From contig CM022665.1 of NCBI GenBank assembly GCA_012295275.1, positions 42,036,001 through 42,100,000 on the forward strand: DNA of 64,000 bases, read 5' to 3'. The DNA is from Chrysomallon squamiferum (lineage: Eukaryota > Animalia > Mollusca). Positions within the stretch are counted from its first letter, which is position 1; each line of letters opens with the position of its first letter. The position numbers and the translations under genes were made by a program. This document shows positions 14,602-41,399 of the stretch, piece after piece. The notes beneath the pieces were generated by a model. That model made no database searches and was not told the DNA's origin. It saw nothing but the letters and a program-made list of their open reading frames with translations.

Positions 14602-15119
14602 AATAAATAAATAAATAAATACAAAAAAAAACAAAAAAACACATAAATAAATATTAAAAAAAAAAAAAAAAAAAATGCATCAATACATCCGTTTGTCCAT
14701 CCTTCGCTCACAGTCATTACACAGGGACGCTAATAAATCAGTTCCACCGCAGACTCGTTTTGGAAGCAGCTCTGCACACGTTCCCCTTGTTTTCACTTCA
14801 CCCTCGCTCAAACAGTTGTCATTTTAACGTGTTCCGATGTTCCCCCCACAATCAATCAGCAGACGACAGCGCTGGGTCAGTGAGAGGTCTGCGGTTGTCT
14901 GGACAGTGTTTTGGGTGTTTAAACTCTGCACGTTGTGTTTCAAGCAGTTGCGATCACTGTGTGTGTGTGTGTGTGTGTGTGTGTTGTCGCTAATTACTCG
15001 ACGGCTAAGTGATAATTTCGCTTTCGAGCGTTCGCCGAGCGTTGACACTAACTCGACTTCATTTCTCAACTGGTTAAACATTGGATGTGGACGCACACAT
15101 TCTTGTCAGTCGTCACGAA

Positions 15120-15345
15120 CGCTCGTGAACGGTCGCAGGATCGATTCCATTCAGTGAGATAATCGGAGCTCATTTCTGTTCCAAACATTACGTTACATTG
15201 AAGACTTATGGTGTATCATTTACTGTCTATGGGAAGGTATATATATATAACGTATCTTATTTGCTATCTGTGGGAAGGTGTATATATATAACGTATCTTA
15301 TTGCTATCTACTGGAAGGTGTACATATAACGTATCTTATTGCTAA
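15120..15345 (+). mobile_element. SINE family 2 fragment whose core is triplicated as a ~40 bp tandem repeat
   Basis: GGTCGCAGGATCGATT... followed by three units of (T)GGGAAGGT(A/G)TA..ATAACGTATCTTATTGCTA at ~15229, 15270 and 15311. Confidence 0.55.
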
Positions 15346-16224
15346 CCTTTTAAAAAAAAAAAGCAGCTGATAAAGATATAATATAAATTATATGACTGAG
15401 GAAGAGAAAAAATCTGTAATTTTATTTTCGACTCCGTTTAACCTTAAATATTAAGATGCGTTCAGGTTTCCTTAAGGAAATGTTCTTTTATTTATTCAGT
15501 GACGAACTGGTTAAGTCTGTTCTTTATTTTTAAAGGAAAGATTCAAGACTACTGCAGCTACTCTTTTCTGTATTGAACTTTCAAACATGCTTATGTCCCT
15601 AGTCCTGCTCGTACATTAATTTCAGCACTGAATGTTAAGGTCAATCATTGTTCACAAGAGCTTGTTATAATCACTGACTCATTTTGAAAAAAGGTCAAAA
15701 AGCTTCTCTTTTTTTTCTGTTAGTGCTCCAAAGTCACAAATTATTTAATTCTGCCTATGTCGTTCTTTATTTAAATAATACTACAGGACATAAATCAATT
15801 CATAAAATGAATTGTATAATTTTCTTTTGCGAAATATAAAACAATGAACGGTTTAAAGTATTGATTACCTTTGTTTAATTTTACCTCTGTCAGTTTTACT
15901 TAAAACAATGTGATCAATACTTTGAACAGTAAATTGTTTTGTATTTCGGAAAACAAAAATTACAATATTAAACATCTATTACAAGTAGAATTATTTTTAC
16001 TAACGTATACCAAGAGACGTTATGGGAAACATTGATTTGTAGACACACACACACACACACACACATTCAAACATACATAAACATATATGCATACATGCAT
16101 AACACATTTACACACATACACACCCATACATGCATACAAAAATAAACACATATATGCATACATACATACATACACAAACACATACATACATACAAACATA
16201 CCTGCTTACTATGTTGTATTGATA

Positions 16225-16400
16225 GCCTTCGGAGTGCGGGCGAATGGGAGCCATACGTTCGAGTCTCGTCAGCGGCATCTGACGGGTTTTTGAGGTCGTA
16301 ATTGGACTTGTCCTCCTGCGCCAGTGCGTTCACAAATATTGTCTATGTACAGAGTCTGTTCAGACGTACATAAGACAGAGAATATTCAAATCTAAACATA
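16225..16400 (+). mobile_element. tRNA-derived SINE, family 1
   Basis: B-box-like GTTCGAGTC followed by TCGTCAGCGGCA (tRNA 3'-like), body ...CAGACGTACATAAGACAGAGAATATT and (CATA)n tail. Homologous to 30651-30845 (-) and 10472-10590 (+). Confidence 0.75.
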
Positions 16401-16875
16401 CACACATGCACACAATATATACATACATACATACATACACATATGTACACATTACCATTGCTTCTAAAAAAATAAAAATAAATAATTGTGACCCAGAACT
16501 ATTTATCTTAGCGCTAGGCAACCCCGTGTTTCGATTTCCACTCGCGTTTGATTAAAATTCTCTGAAGGCTGCAATGATCAGTGACTGCGGAAATCTCCGG
16601 CGTCCTGTCCATATTTATTAACACAACAACACACACCATCTTAGAAGCCTCCCCACAGAACAATACACATCGCTATTCATTACTAACCCTGTCCATTAAA
16701 CCCCAACACTAGGCAATTACTGCAACAATAGGATCAACGACTGCAGTCTGAAGTCTTCTGGATGATCTAGTAAACCGTTACTGAATTTGTTAAGAGAAAA
16801 TCTTGAGTGGATTCAGAAAGTTAGCGTAATCATTCTAAGACGATTGGTTGATCTGCGGTGGCGAGATGGAAAGAA

Positions 16876-16954
<79 letters not shown>

Positions 16955-17074
16955 TGGTGGTAACAAAGGAAGGAAAGGTCTGAAAGAAGGAAGAAGGAGA
17001 GAAAGAAACAGGCTGGAAGTATTTTATTTCAATGAAGATGGAAGTTTACGCGGATATAAGTCGATAACGAAGTG

Positions 17075-17151
<77 letters not shown>

Positions 17152-18240
17152 CAAAATGAGTCTTTCACTCATAACTCTTTATAACAAGTTAATAATTTAT
17201 CGGAAAGTAAAATAAATTTATTGAAAATCAAATTATTTTATAATATTTTCTCTGAAGCGTAGGTGGTATGTTATAAAACACTGAAAAATCTTTGAAAATG
17301 TAAACATTAAACTATTTTTATGGCGCGGGATATATACTGTTATAAAAATTATTAGCAGACGACAGGAAAGAGCTTGTTTCAAGTACTAATTAAAATTCGG
17401 CTATATATGGGTGTTTATGGGTTTTTTATTTTCTAGTTTCATTTTTAATTGCCGATCGAACCAAAAATCTACTTCCGCCATTTTGATCAATTATCGTAAG
17501 ATATTATTTATACTAACATTAACATGAGTAATAAAATGTACATCACAGCCTGCAATAAAGAAGCTGTTAACAACGTTAGTTAGAACGGGTAATACGCTTA
17601 AAGGCGAAAGGAGAAAGTTTGATCTTGAAATCAACAGCGCCTTATTGTGCCGCTTTAACCAATAGCACAGTGATGTAATGTAGCCTATTGCTGTTTACCA
17701 AAAACAAAATCATAACAAAATAATAATAATAAGAAGAAGAAGAAGAACAAGAAGAAGAAGAACAACAACAACAACTACTACTACTACTACTACAACAACG
17801 ACAACAACAATGACAGCGTTCCTGATGCTTCAATCTTCTGATGTCATAAACCTGATACGATCGACTTTCCACTAACCTTAAGCTCTGGCCTGTACTCAAA
17901 GCGTGATTCTGTTGCGTGATGCGGTGTCTTTCCCTGAGCTATTTACGGTCCTGTGTAATTTCAAAACAAAATTATACCGCTTAGTCATTGCTAGGTACGC
18001 AGCACTGCAGAAAGACATTAAGGTAATAACTGTACGTGTTTTTAGCAATATGAAAACAGATTACTGTCATGATAAATACACATGTGAAATAATCAGTACT
18101 GTTATTTCACTAGAAAGCACGAAAAATATTAGAAAATGGTATGAAGATAAAAAGAAGATATTAAGGTTATCAGAAAGTATGTTCCATTTCACAATGTCTG
18201 TATAATGTAAAAGGAAGGAAATAAATTTGTCCGTCACCTA

Positions 18241-18280
<40 letters not shown>

Positions 18281-18312
18281 AATGTGGGTGTGTGAGAGAC
18301 AGACAGAGAGAG

Positions 18313-18710
18313 AGAGGACTGCCACTCCTATAAGCGACGACTGCTACTCTAAAACATTTCTACGTATGAAGTCTGCCGCTTTTTAATAAATGAATGTTTC
18401 AGAAATGCGAAGACTAAGATATGGATCTTTTATGTATGCTAGAACTGCAGTTCTCTCACTGGTTAATAGTGTATCATACATGCGAGGTTTGGCGTTCTCG
18501 AACAGATGAATATTGCGAGGACTGCCGCTCGCTAGTTGTCGATGTTTCGTAGATGTGAGGACTGCCACTCTCTAGCATATCATTATTTCGAATATGCTAG
18601 AACTGTAGCCCGAGTATCCTTCTGGCGGAGGACAGCTCAAGCAGATTTTTGGATAAATATCGCTGGACATCTATAAGTCCGAACTGTTCTCTGCCAGAGG
18701 AACTGCTTTT
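18313..18710. repeat. Highly degenerate ~35-45 bp array with conserved core TGCGAGGACTGCCACTC
   Basis: Core variants at ~18315, 18335, 18367, 18406, 18437, 18481, 18514, 18555, 18596, 18627 and 18697. Confidence 0.65.
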
Positions 18711-19245
18711 CTGTTTCGTAAAAGAGAGGAAAATGTATTGTAGCATCTCATTCTAAAGCAGATTTGTTTTTCATTGGGAGTTTTATGTATAAAAAATATA
18801 ACTAAATTTGTCATTTTGAGCCAAAATAATAAGAAGAAGAAGAGGAAGAAGTTAAATTACTAATACAATATTCATTTTAGAAAAAATGTTAATAATAATA
18901 ACAAATAAATAAATAAAAGCTGGCATCATCTGGCTCACAAACAGAAAAGTATCACAGAGGTGTGCATATTTTTTAATACTACATGATTTAAATGTTAGAT
19001 TGAATTATGTTCCATACAAAATGCAAAGCTTGTTTCAATCTCAACGAACAAATAAAAGCCCCGCAGTCGCAAAACAATTACGTCACCGAAGACAAGTCAT
19101 AATGCGTAATAAAAAGGTAAGGGAAACAACTCGAATTAAATACGTTAGCTACTGGACGTGTCTGACAAGGGTTCGTGGATAATTTTATTTCAAGAGATTT
19201 CGACGATTTCACGCAATCGAGTATCTTCTCTGTCTCTCGTGACAT

Positions 19246-19542
19246 CAGGGCGGATCTAGAGGGGAGGGTCCAAGGTGTCCGGCACCATCCCCCTTAAATC
19301 TCAGAAGTGTCCCTTTTATTTAGAAATTTTAGGTTTTTTACAAATTAATTTTAGTTTTTTTTTAATTTCTGTCAATATATAGAACACTATAGAAAAAGAC
19401 TGCCAGCGTCCCTGTTGTAGCACTCTTATATTATGGTCCATGTGAACCGTGTGTAAATTTTCAATACAGCCTTTTCGTATAGTTACGGTGCCCTTTTTAT
19501 CATGGACCACCCCCCTCATCAGAAAAGCTGGACCCGCCCCAG
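19246..19542. mobile_element. MITE-like element with imperfect terminal inverted repeats
   Basis: 5' CAGGGCGGATCTAG and 3' CTGGACCCGCCCCAG (revcomp CTGGGGCGGGTCCAG), plus subterminal GGGAGGGTCCA / TGGACCACCCCC around an AT-rich interior. Confidence 0.6.
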
Positions 19543-20554
19543 CAAACGAGGCCCTCCCTGGGCTCGTCCAATAAAAGATTACGGCTCGGGATGACTGATA
19601 ACATCATTAGTGACGTAATCGAGCATCTCTTACGAAAACTTATAATATCATTTGCACGTGCACATAGGATTTTGATTCTTTTGACTATTATCGAGGTTAC
19701 TGCCTCCAATAATAATATTTCCTTCATTAATAGCGTCAGAGAACAAAAGAACGTAATGACCATCGTGGTATAATTATATTTAGCGAGTTAACTCCAGAAT
19801 TGAATGCATAAACAGGAAACAGTTTCCTTTTCATACTAAACTACTACAGAGTCCTCGATCAATTTACTATTATTTTATTTAATTTTTTTTTATTTATATA
19901 TAATCCAGGCATATACGAAACATTAACTGACATCACAAATTCAAAGGAAATAAAAATAAAAACTGAATACTTTATTATTAACAAAGATTAGTAGCTAGTT
20001 TCAATATCAAACAAATAAAAAAATAATAATAATGATGATGATGATTGATGATGATGATAATAAAAATTATAATCATAATAATAACCATCATCATCATCAT
20101 CATCATCATCATAATCATAAGAGCATTGAAAATACACAAAATATAAACAGGATATTAAACATAATCGGTGAGGTAATATTTGACGTAGAAGAAAACCAGT
20201 AACTTGAAAATACATTAAACGTATTTTGATTTCTATCTGGTACCGTCAAAGAAAAAGAAAAAAAAAAAAAAAAAAAAAAAAAATAAAATATACATTTAAT
20301 AGCTAATATGTATATTAAATTATACTGGTATTTTTGTACCAACAAAAATGCGTAAACTTTAAAAAAGAAACAATTAAAACGATATATTGTGTACATTAAT
20401 TATAATGATGTTCTAATTATTTATTGGTACAATAAACTTCATTAAGAAACAGTTAAAAGTGTACATATTTTGATACTGATACGCTAATTAAGCTGGCATA
20501 TGACGTCACCACGGCTTTAACACGTTCCGTTTTAACAAACTTTTCTTGTTTCCA

Positions 20555-32946
<12,392 letters not shown>

Positions 32947-33342
32947 GTTTTGCTGGCGATGTGACAGCTTCAGACTCTGGTTACAGTGTTGTTTTGTTGT
33001 TTTTTCAGCAGACTGTAGATCTTTTTGTGTCTGTATCTGTACGAAGTCACCGGCTTAAATGATTACCTCCCTTTATTCGTACGCTCGTTTGTCACAGTTT
33101 TTTTTTTTTACAACACAGGCCAAGGTTTGGAGCACTCTTAATCCTCTTAATTACTCGTTGACACAATTAAAACTTGCGAAGAAGCAATGGTCAAGAAGTA
33201 ACGATGACAGTCGTGTGGTGTGGGTTACTGCGTGATTGCTGTTGTCGTAGTTGTGGTTCTCGTATATTATTGTACTGGGAGGTGTTGTAGTAGAACTTGA
33301 TGTGTATGATGATGGTGTTGTTGCTTTTTTTTTTTTTTTTTT

Positions 33343-33380
<38 letters not shown>

Positions 33381-33500
33381 GGTGTTGGTGTTGGTGTTGG
33401 TGTTGGTGTTGGTAGTAGTAGTAGCAGTAGATGCAATAGTAGAAGTAGTTGTAAAGTTATTAATATTATTATTATCATCATCGTAATCATCGTTATTATG

Positions 33501-33532
<32 letters not shown>

Positions 33533-33841
33533 GAAAGTATTTTTCTAGTAAATTTATACACACGTTAATTTCATAAGACCACGCTTCAGTTATTTTGAGT
33601 TATTTTCACAATTTCTCTCTCTGTATATATATTACAGTGACCTCGTGACCTTCTCGTTGTTTTATGTCACATTTAGTCAGTTATTTTTATTTAATTAGCG
33701 ACAGCAGAAATAAATCAAAGAAAAGTCTTCATAATGACAAATTAACAGGAATTTGATGTTACAACAACTTTCGTAAATAATTTTCTTTTCTTTCTTAGAA
33801 ATAGTATTTATTTTTCCATTCATCTTTTTAATGCGTGTATA

Positions 33842-33900
<59 letters not shown>

Positions 33901-35075
33901 GTATGTATGTATACATGCATGCATGCATCTAAGTATGTATGTATGTATGTATGTTTTAATGTTTGAAAATATGTTGTACGTATTAATATAGGTTTGTAGC
34001 ATCTATCTTTGTACTTATGTACATAAATGTATATGTATGTTATTTGTGTATATATATATATGTGTATATGTTTTTAATGTATTTAAGGCATGCGTGTTTG
34101 TTTGTATTAGTTGTTTATATTAAAACAGACAATTTATTTTAATTATACTGGTAAGTCATCCACTCTTTTTATTCAAAATACACAAGACATCAAAAACATT
34201 TACAGAGATTTTTCAATGAGGTAATAAAGAAAATAACACTTTATTGCCCATTCAGTTCTGTCTGAACAAAACTCTTTGTTACTCAATACATCAACAGTGT
34301 TTGTAGTTTTCTATTCTAATTATCTTAAGCTATCACAGTTTTTTTTAGTTTCTTTTATTGTTCCTTTATAAACCCTAACGAACACAATATAACATAAAAT
34401 GTAGTTTATGTAACAGTGATTACGTAATTGCTTGTCTAGTGTATAAGCTAGGCGTGTGTTTGTGTGATAAATTGCATGAAATTATAGGTGTTGGACCTTG
34501 ATTCTTTTTTTTCAGTTGAGTTATTTATTTATTTATTTATTTTATTGGCGTCTAAGAATTCCAGATTCAACAGTGTAAGAATAGTCAGAGGTTACAAGAT
34601 GATTTGGAATCACATATTGTTTGTTGAATATAACCTCAAACAAATTAGAACACATTTAAAATATTACTTCTTGTATTCAGAAGTAGACTGGGATTCCTAG
34701 TTGATATGCTGCCGATAATATTAGACAATATTATTAGATAATATTTTATACACATATAAATAAATATATATATATATATATATTGTTATCAGTAAAGGAT
34801 GTTATAGTAGATGTTTTCAGTAATAACAGATACAAAACCGTCATGTTCAAAATAATGTCACAGAAAACTGATTTCATTTTGTCCATCTGTGGACGGACTC
34901 CACGACGGACTGTAGGCGGCTGGACAGCCAGTGCGGAACACCAAACAAAGACGTCTTCTCGATCTGAAGTCTGTCTCTACACAAATAACAACCAAACAAA
35001 ACACCACCAGCCAGAAACCCGTAACCGACACGTTGTAGAATCTGTAATTTAAAACATTCACCTCTCTGTCAATCT

Positions 35076-35258
35076 GTGTATATGTCTGTCTGTCTGTCTA
35101 TCAGTCTGTCAGTCTGTCAGTCTGTCAGTCTGTCTGTCTGTCTATCTGTCTGTCCGTCTGTCTGTCTATCGGTCTGTCTGTCACTGTGTATCTGTCTGTC
35201 TGTCTGTCTTCTGTCACTCTGTGTATCTATCTGTCTATTTATCTGTCTGTCTGTCTTT

Positions 35259-35300
<42 letters not shown>

Positions 35301-35523
35301 GTCTGTCTATCTATCTGTTTATCTTTCTATCTATCTATCTATTTAACTATCTATCTGCATATCCGTCTATCTATATGTCTGTCTGTCTGTCTATCTATCT
35401 ACCTATCTATCTATCTTTCTTTCTATCTGCATATCTGTCTATCTATATATTTGTCTGTCTGTCTGTCTATCTATTTTTATCTATCTATCTAGTTATCTCC
35501 TCTATCTATTTTTCTTTCTTTTT

Positions 35524-35604
<81 letters not shown>

Positions 35605-35620
35605 GTCTATATCTGCCTCT
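35076..35620. repeat. Compound microsatellite (TCTG/TCTA)n then (CT)n in KMO-B intron 13
   Basis: Directly visible; explains ORFs 35076..35492 and 35186..35650. Confidence 0.95.
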
Positions 35621-35787
35621 CTTTTCTCTCTTTATTTGTGTGTACACTGATTGTCAATTGTAACTATTCTCTAAGTGTTTGTGTATTTAATGTACCTGAT
35701 CCTGCCATTCGCGTTTCAAGATACACTGATGATAGCGAGTCCTCGTAAACGAAACCTGCAGATAATAGTAACAACAACATCAACATT

Positions 35788-35824
<37 letters not shown>

Positions 35825-35968
35825 TTATCATCATCATCAACAACAACAACAACAACAATAATAATAATAATGATAATAATAGTAATAATAATAATAATAA
35901 TGATAATAATAATAGTTACAGATTATGAACAATGAAACATACAGCTTAAAACAGTGCATAATGATAAT

Positions 35969-36023
<55 letters not shown>

Positions 36024-36201
36024 TTTTTTTTGTTTATTTTTTTTTTTTTTTTTAATTTTAAACAAAATTTGGAACCAATCGCTATTTACCATGGTGTATA
36101 GAGGGATCCAGGAATTTGGAAATATGTAATATAACAAGTTGTCCAACATTTTCCTGGGAACAAAGAAAGGAGAGTTTATGAGTTGTCTCATCTGAAAGCA
36201 A

Positions 36202-36272
<71 letters not shown>

Positions 36273-36349
36273 TAATAATAATAATAAATGGATAAAAATA
36301 TAATAATATTCAACTGCGTTTATGTCCAATGTTTTAAATTTTATAAAAC

Positions 36350-36398
<49 letters not shown>

Positions 36399-37769
36399 TA
36401 TTATTATTATTTTAAAGGTCATTTTTGTATATAACAACAAGAACTGTTACTGTTGCTGCTACTATTAATATTATTATTTACATATGATCCTATGATCCTT
36501 ATTCAAGTGTATGCTTAAGTGGAATATGTCTTTACACGAAAAACTGAAGCTAAGACTGAACTGTAAATATCAAATATACTTTGCAGTGTCATTAAAATAT
36601 GTTTTCTGTATACTTATAGACGTTTGATGAAAACGCAATATATGAAGAAAACAGATAAAATTAAAAAAAAAATTAATAATAATAATAGATTACATAGATT
36701 AAAAATGATCTTACCTCAATATAGTTGTACATCGCCAGATCACAAATAGCTTTAGCGTCAACATTTCTCATTTCTGTGTAAGCTGGCAACGCCTTAGCTG
36801 CAAAATACGTTTTTATATATTTGAAACAATCAATATATATATATATTTCAAATATTTGTATAATTTGTGTGTATATATACATCTATATCTATCTATATCT
36901 ATATCTATCTAGCTATCTATCTATATCTATCTATCTATCTATCTATATATATATATGATGACAGACTTAAAAATCTATTATAATCGTAGTAAGATGATAC
37001 TAATTATGATGATCGATCGTGGGATAGGTGATCATTTTTTATGTAGATGACAAAGATAACCGATGATGATTTTGATGATTATGATGACAATAATGATGCG
37101 GTGATGATAATGATTATTGTCATGGTGACCATAATGATGAAACGATAACTGATGATTGTTATGATGATAATAATAATTATAATGATGATGATGATGATAA
37201 CGACATAGTGATGATGATGATGAAATGATTATAAGGATTTTGATGGTATGAAGATGATAATGATGATGATAATATAATATTACCACGGATGATAATGATG
37301 ATGACAGAAAATGATGATGATCATAACGTAACCTATCAGTGTCCTTACAACAAGTAAATAGGTCAGATATGGCCGTATCGTTTTTCTCTGACTCAGTTTG
37401 TGTGTGTAGTGTGCAATTAACACGAGGTTTTATATAATAGGCTGATGGGTAACTGGACGTGAATCGAGGAAAAATGTCAAAGTCAAGGTTCAGTCGAAGC
37501 CTTTGTCGAATGCACCAGTATGATTATATTCTAAAATCACTTTTAAAAATAATAATAGAAAATAATAATATGTTATTATTATTATTATTATTATTATCAT
37601 CATAAACTATTATTATTAGTTATTACTGTTATTTTTTTTTTTGTTGTTGCTGATGATGCTGTTGTAGTTGTTGCTGATGTTGTTGTTATTATTATTATTA
37701 TTATCATTACAGCTATTACTGTTGTTGTTTTTGTTGTTGATGATGTTGTTGTTGCTGATGTTGCTGCTA

Positions 37770-37825
<56 letters not shown>

Positions 37826-38233
37826 AATAAGAGTGTGATTATGCAGCTACACATACACATGTAACTGATCTGTGAAATGGACTTTTCACTCTAGGGCTTA
37901 CCTCCCTTGGCAAATTAAGATATTCGCCGCATTTCCGAAGAGCACAATTAAGAAATTAACTTGAAGTGATATTCAACTTACAAAAATCATTGTCGTACTT
38001 TTCAAGCATTTCATCAAATACAATGCAGTCTTCTAAACCCTAAAATAAAAGAACCATTACATTGTTAATAAGTAAATATGTAAAAATATTTCGTGTGGAA
38101 ACTATTACTTGGCTACATAAAAAAACACATATTTTTTACATAAAATACTTTGATTTATTCGTGTCTTTGTTTCATTCGAATCGGTTCAAGTTTAATGCTG
38201 GAGATTACTGCTACATGAACTGCGACCATCTCC

Positions 38234-38715
<482 letters not shown>

Positions 38716-40234
38716 TTACGATCGCAAATAAAAAGAACATCTCCATCCAAAATACGATTTATATTTTAGCATACGTGATTTTCAACCAGCGACAAGGAAA
38801 TGATGAACTGAGTAAAATACACAGTTGGCTGAAATGCTTGGATATATAACGATTCTGTATTAAGTAATGAACATTCATTGATCCATCAGTTTTCTTACAG
38901 TGATACATTTACGTGTTTTCTTGCGTTCCCAAACAAAAACAACGTATATTGATTATAACTGTTTGTTGTTGATGGAACTAACTTCTCAAGCCATGTTTGG
39001 CTACGATCTGACTTCGAACGTAACTTAAATAGCATGATAATCATTGAAAATAATCAGATGTTATCCGTAAGCAGAATTTTCCAAGACAGTGGCTCGATAA
39101 GATGATTGCGGTCGGACTCGTGTTAACTTTGTAGTGGGGACTGATGGGATGATGCGATCTTAGTAACGTATAGTTCCTATGATAGATAATTTCATTACAT
39201 GTTATAGTTAAACATACCTTTATTGATATCACAGGCCGCACGCTACCATTCATGTATGACTGTTTCAGGTTATGTCTAGAAGAAAATAGCAAAAATTGTT
39301 TTCCAGTCTTTCAGAAAATAACCAAGAAAGTATGTTTAAAATTATGTTTATTGGTTTAATGTGATCGTTATATTGCAGTTATTTGGGGTATAATTATATT
39401 CTAAGAAAATCTGTTATAAAATAAAGAATGAATAAATAGACTGAAACGTTTGTTAAAGTATATATGTTAAACAGTTTAGATAATAAATAAATTAATTAAT
39501 TAATTAATTAACCCAAAATAAAATAAAATAAAATAAAATAAAATAAATCAAATCAAAACCAAAACAAAACAAAACAAAACAAAACAAAATAAAATAAAAT
39601 AAATAAACATCAGTATTAATAAGACCATAAGGACTAAGTATACTGACATTCAGATTTCAGACCATGATAAAAGCTAAAATCGAATCGCCAACATTCAGAG
39701 CTTTAATTATCATACATCCCTTTAGTTTCACTTTCACTTACTCTCCAAGAAACTTAACAGAATCTGGGAAATGTTGTCTGAAGAAATCCATGATTTTTTC
39801 TTCAGTGTCGTTTCTCTTAAACAGTTCAAACGGCATGATGAGCGTGGTCGTGTACGTCTTGTCCTGGTTTGGCAGAGCGATCATCATGAAATCGTTTCGT
39901 GGCCAAAGATGTAAATAGTTTACAGCCATAGCATACTGAAAGACAAGAGTTAAGTAGGAGAAATAATAACAGCAGTGATGATGATGACGATAATGATGGT
40001 GGTGATGATGATGATGATGAGGAGGAGGAGGAGGAAAAGAAGAAGGAGAAGTAATATAAAATAAGTTATCTTATCAAAAACAACAACAACAACAATAACA
40101 ATTACAATAACAATAATGAAATTTTAACAATAAAAATTATATTACTATTACTACTACTGCTACCACTACTACTACTAATAATAATAATAGTAATAATAAT
40201 AACAACAACAACAACAAAAATAACAAAATCAACG

Positions 40235-40277
<43 letters not shown>

Positions 40278-40278
40278 C

Positions 40279-40325
<47 letters not shown>

Positions 40326-40444
40326 CAATAATAAACAGTAATAAATAAATAAATAAATAAACAAACAAATAAAATAGGTGAATTTTTGCGATATCATTAA
40401 ACAAACATCTTCTGATCAAATTTTCCTATGACGTAATGTTTTTA

Positions 40445-40663
<219 letters not shown>

Positions 40664-40941
40664 TTATGAACAAAGAAAATGTAGCATGATGACAGTCAGC
40701 ATCAAAATCATGTTCATAACTTTATCATTGTCATTGTGATTGCTAATTATTACTATTATGATTATTATTATTATTATTGTTGTTGTTTTTGTTATTATTA
40801 TTATTATTACGTGTTGTAGTTATTGTTTTTGTTGTTATCGTTGTTGTTATTATTACTATTATTATTTTACACACCAGTCATCGATTGAAGAAAACACTTC
40901 ACTTGTCGTTTGTAAGTAAACATAATAATAGCTACAACATT

Positions 40942-40974
<33 letters not shown>

Positions 40975-41294
40975 AATAATAATAATAATAATAATATAAA
41001 ACAATAAATTTTATGTAGATAACTCTGAATTGCTTGTGTTTTGTTTTGTAAAAGAAACTGAAAACCTGAACAGTAACATGTTCTACTTTTATAATACAGA
41101 ATTATATCGTGACCTACTTTTCGAAAACAATTTCTCCTGTCTTGAAATTACAGCTGATAAACTTGTGCTGGAAATGTAGTGTTATGTTTGCATATTTCTC
41201 CGTGGCTGGAATTCAGAAATATGTGAAATAACATCTGAACACAATGAGAATAGATCTGAAACACATTATAAACTGTAACACAAGCACAACACAT

Positions 41295-41399
<105 letters not shown>

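Noticed and set aside
16225-16280. Possible tRNA gene (GTTCGAGTC T-loop); likewise the A-box at ~58925
   Set aside because: No complete cloverleaf; each continues into a shared repeat body, so these are SINE heads.
18313-18710. CRISPR-like repeat/spacer appearance
   Set aside because: Eukaryotic context, repeats too degenerate and irregularly spaced, and no cas genes; kept only as a degenerate array.
458-20400. Dozens of 60-136 aa ORFs in the first 20 kb
   Set aside because: They are low-complexity translations of microsatellites and poly-A/T runs, or lack any recognisable domain or splice-consistent exon chain.
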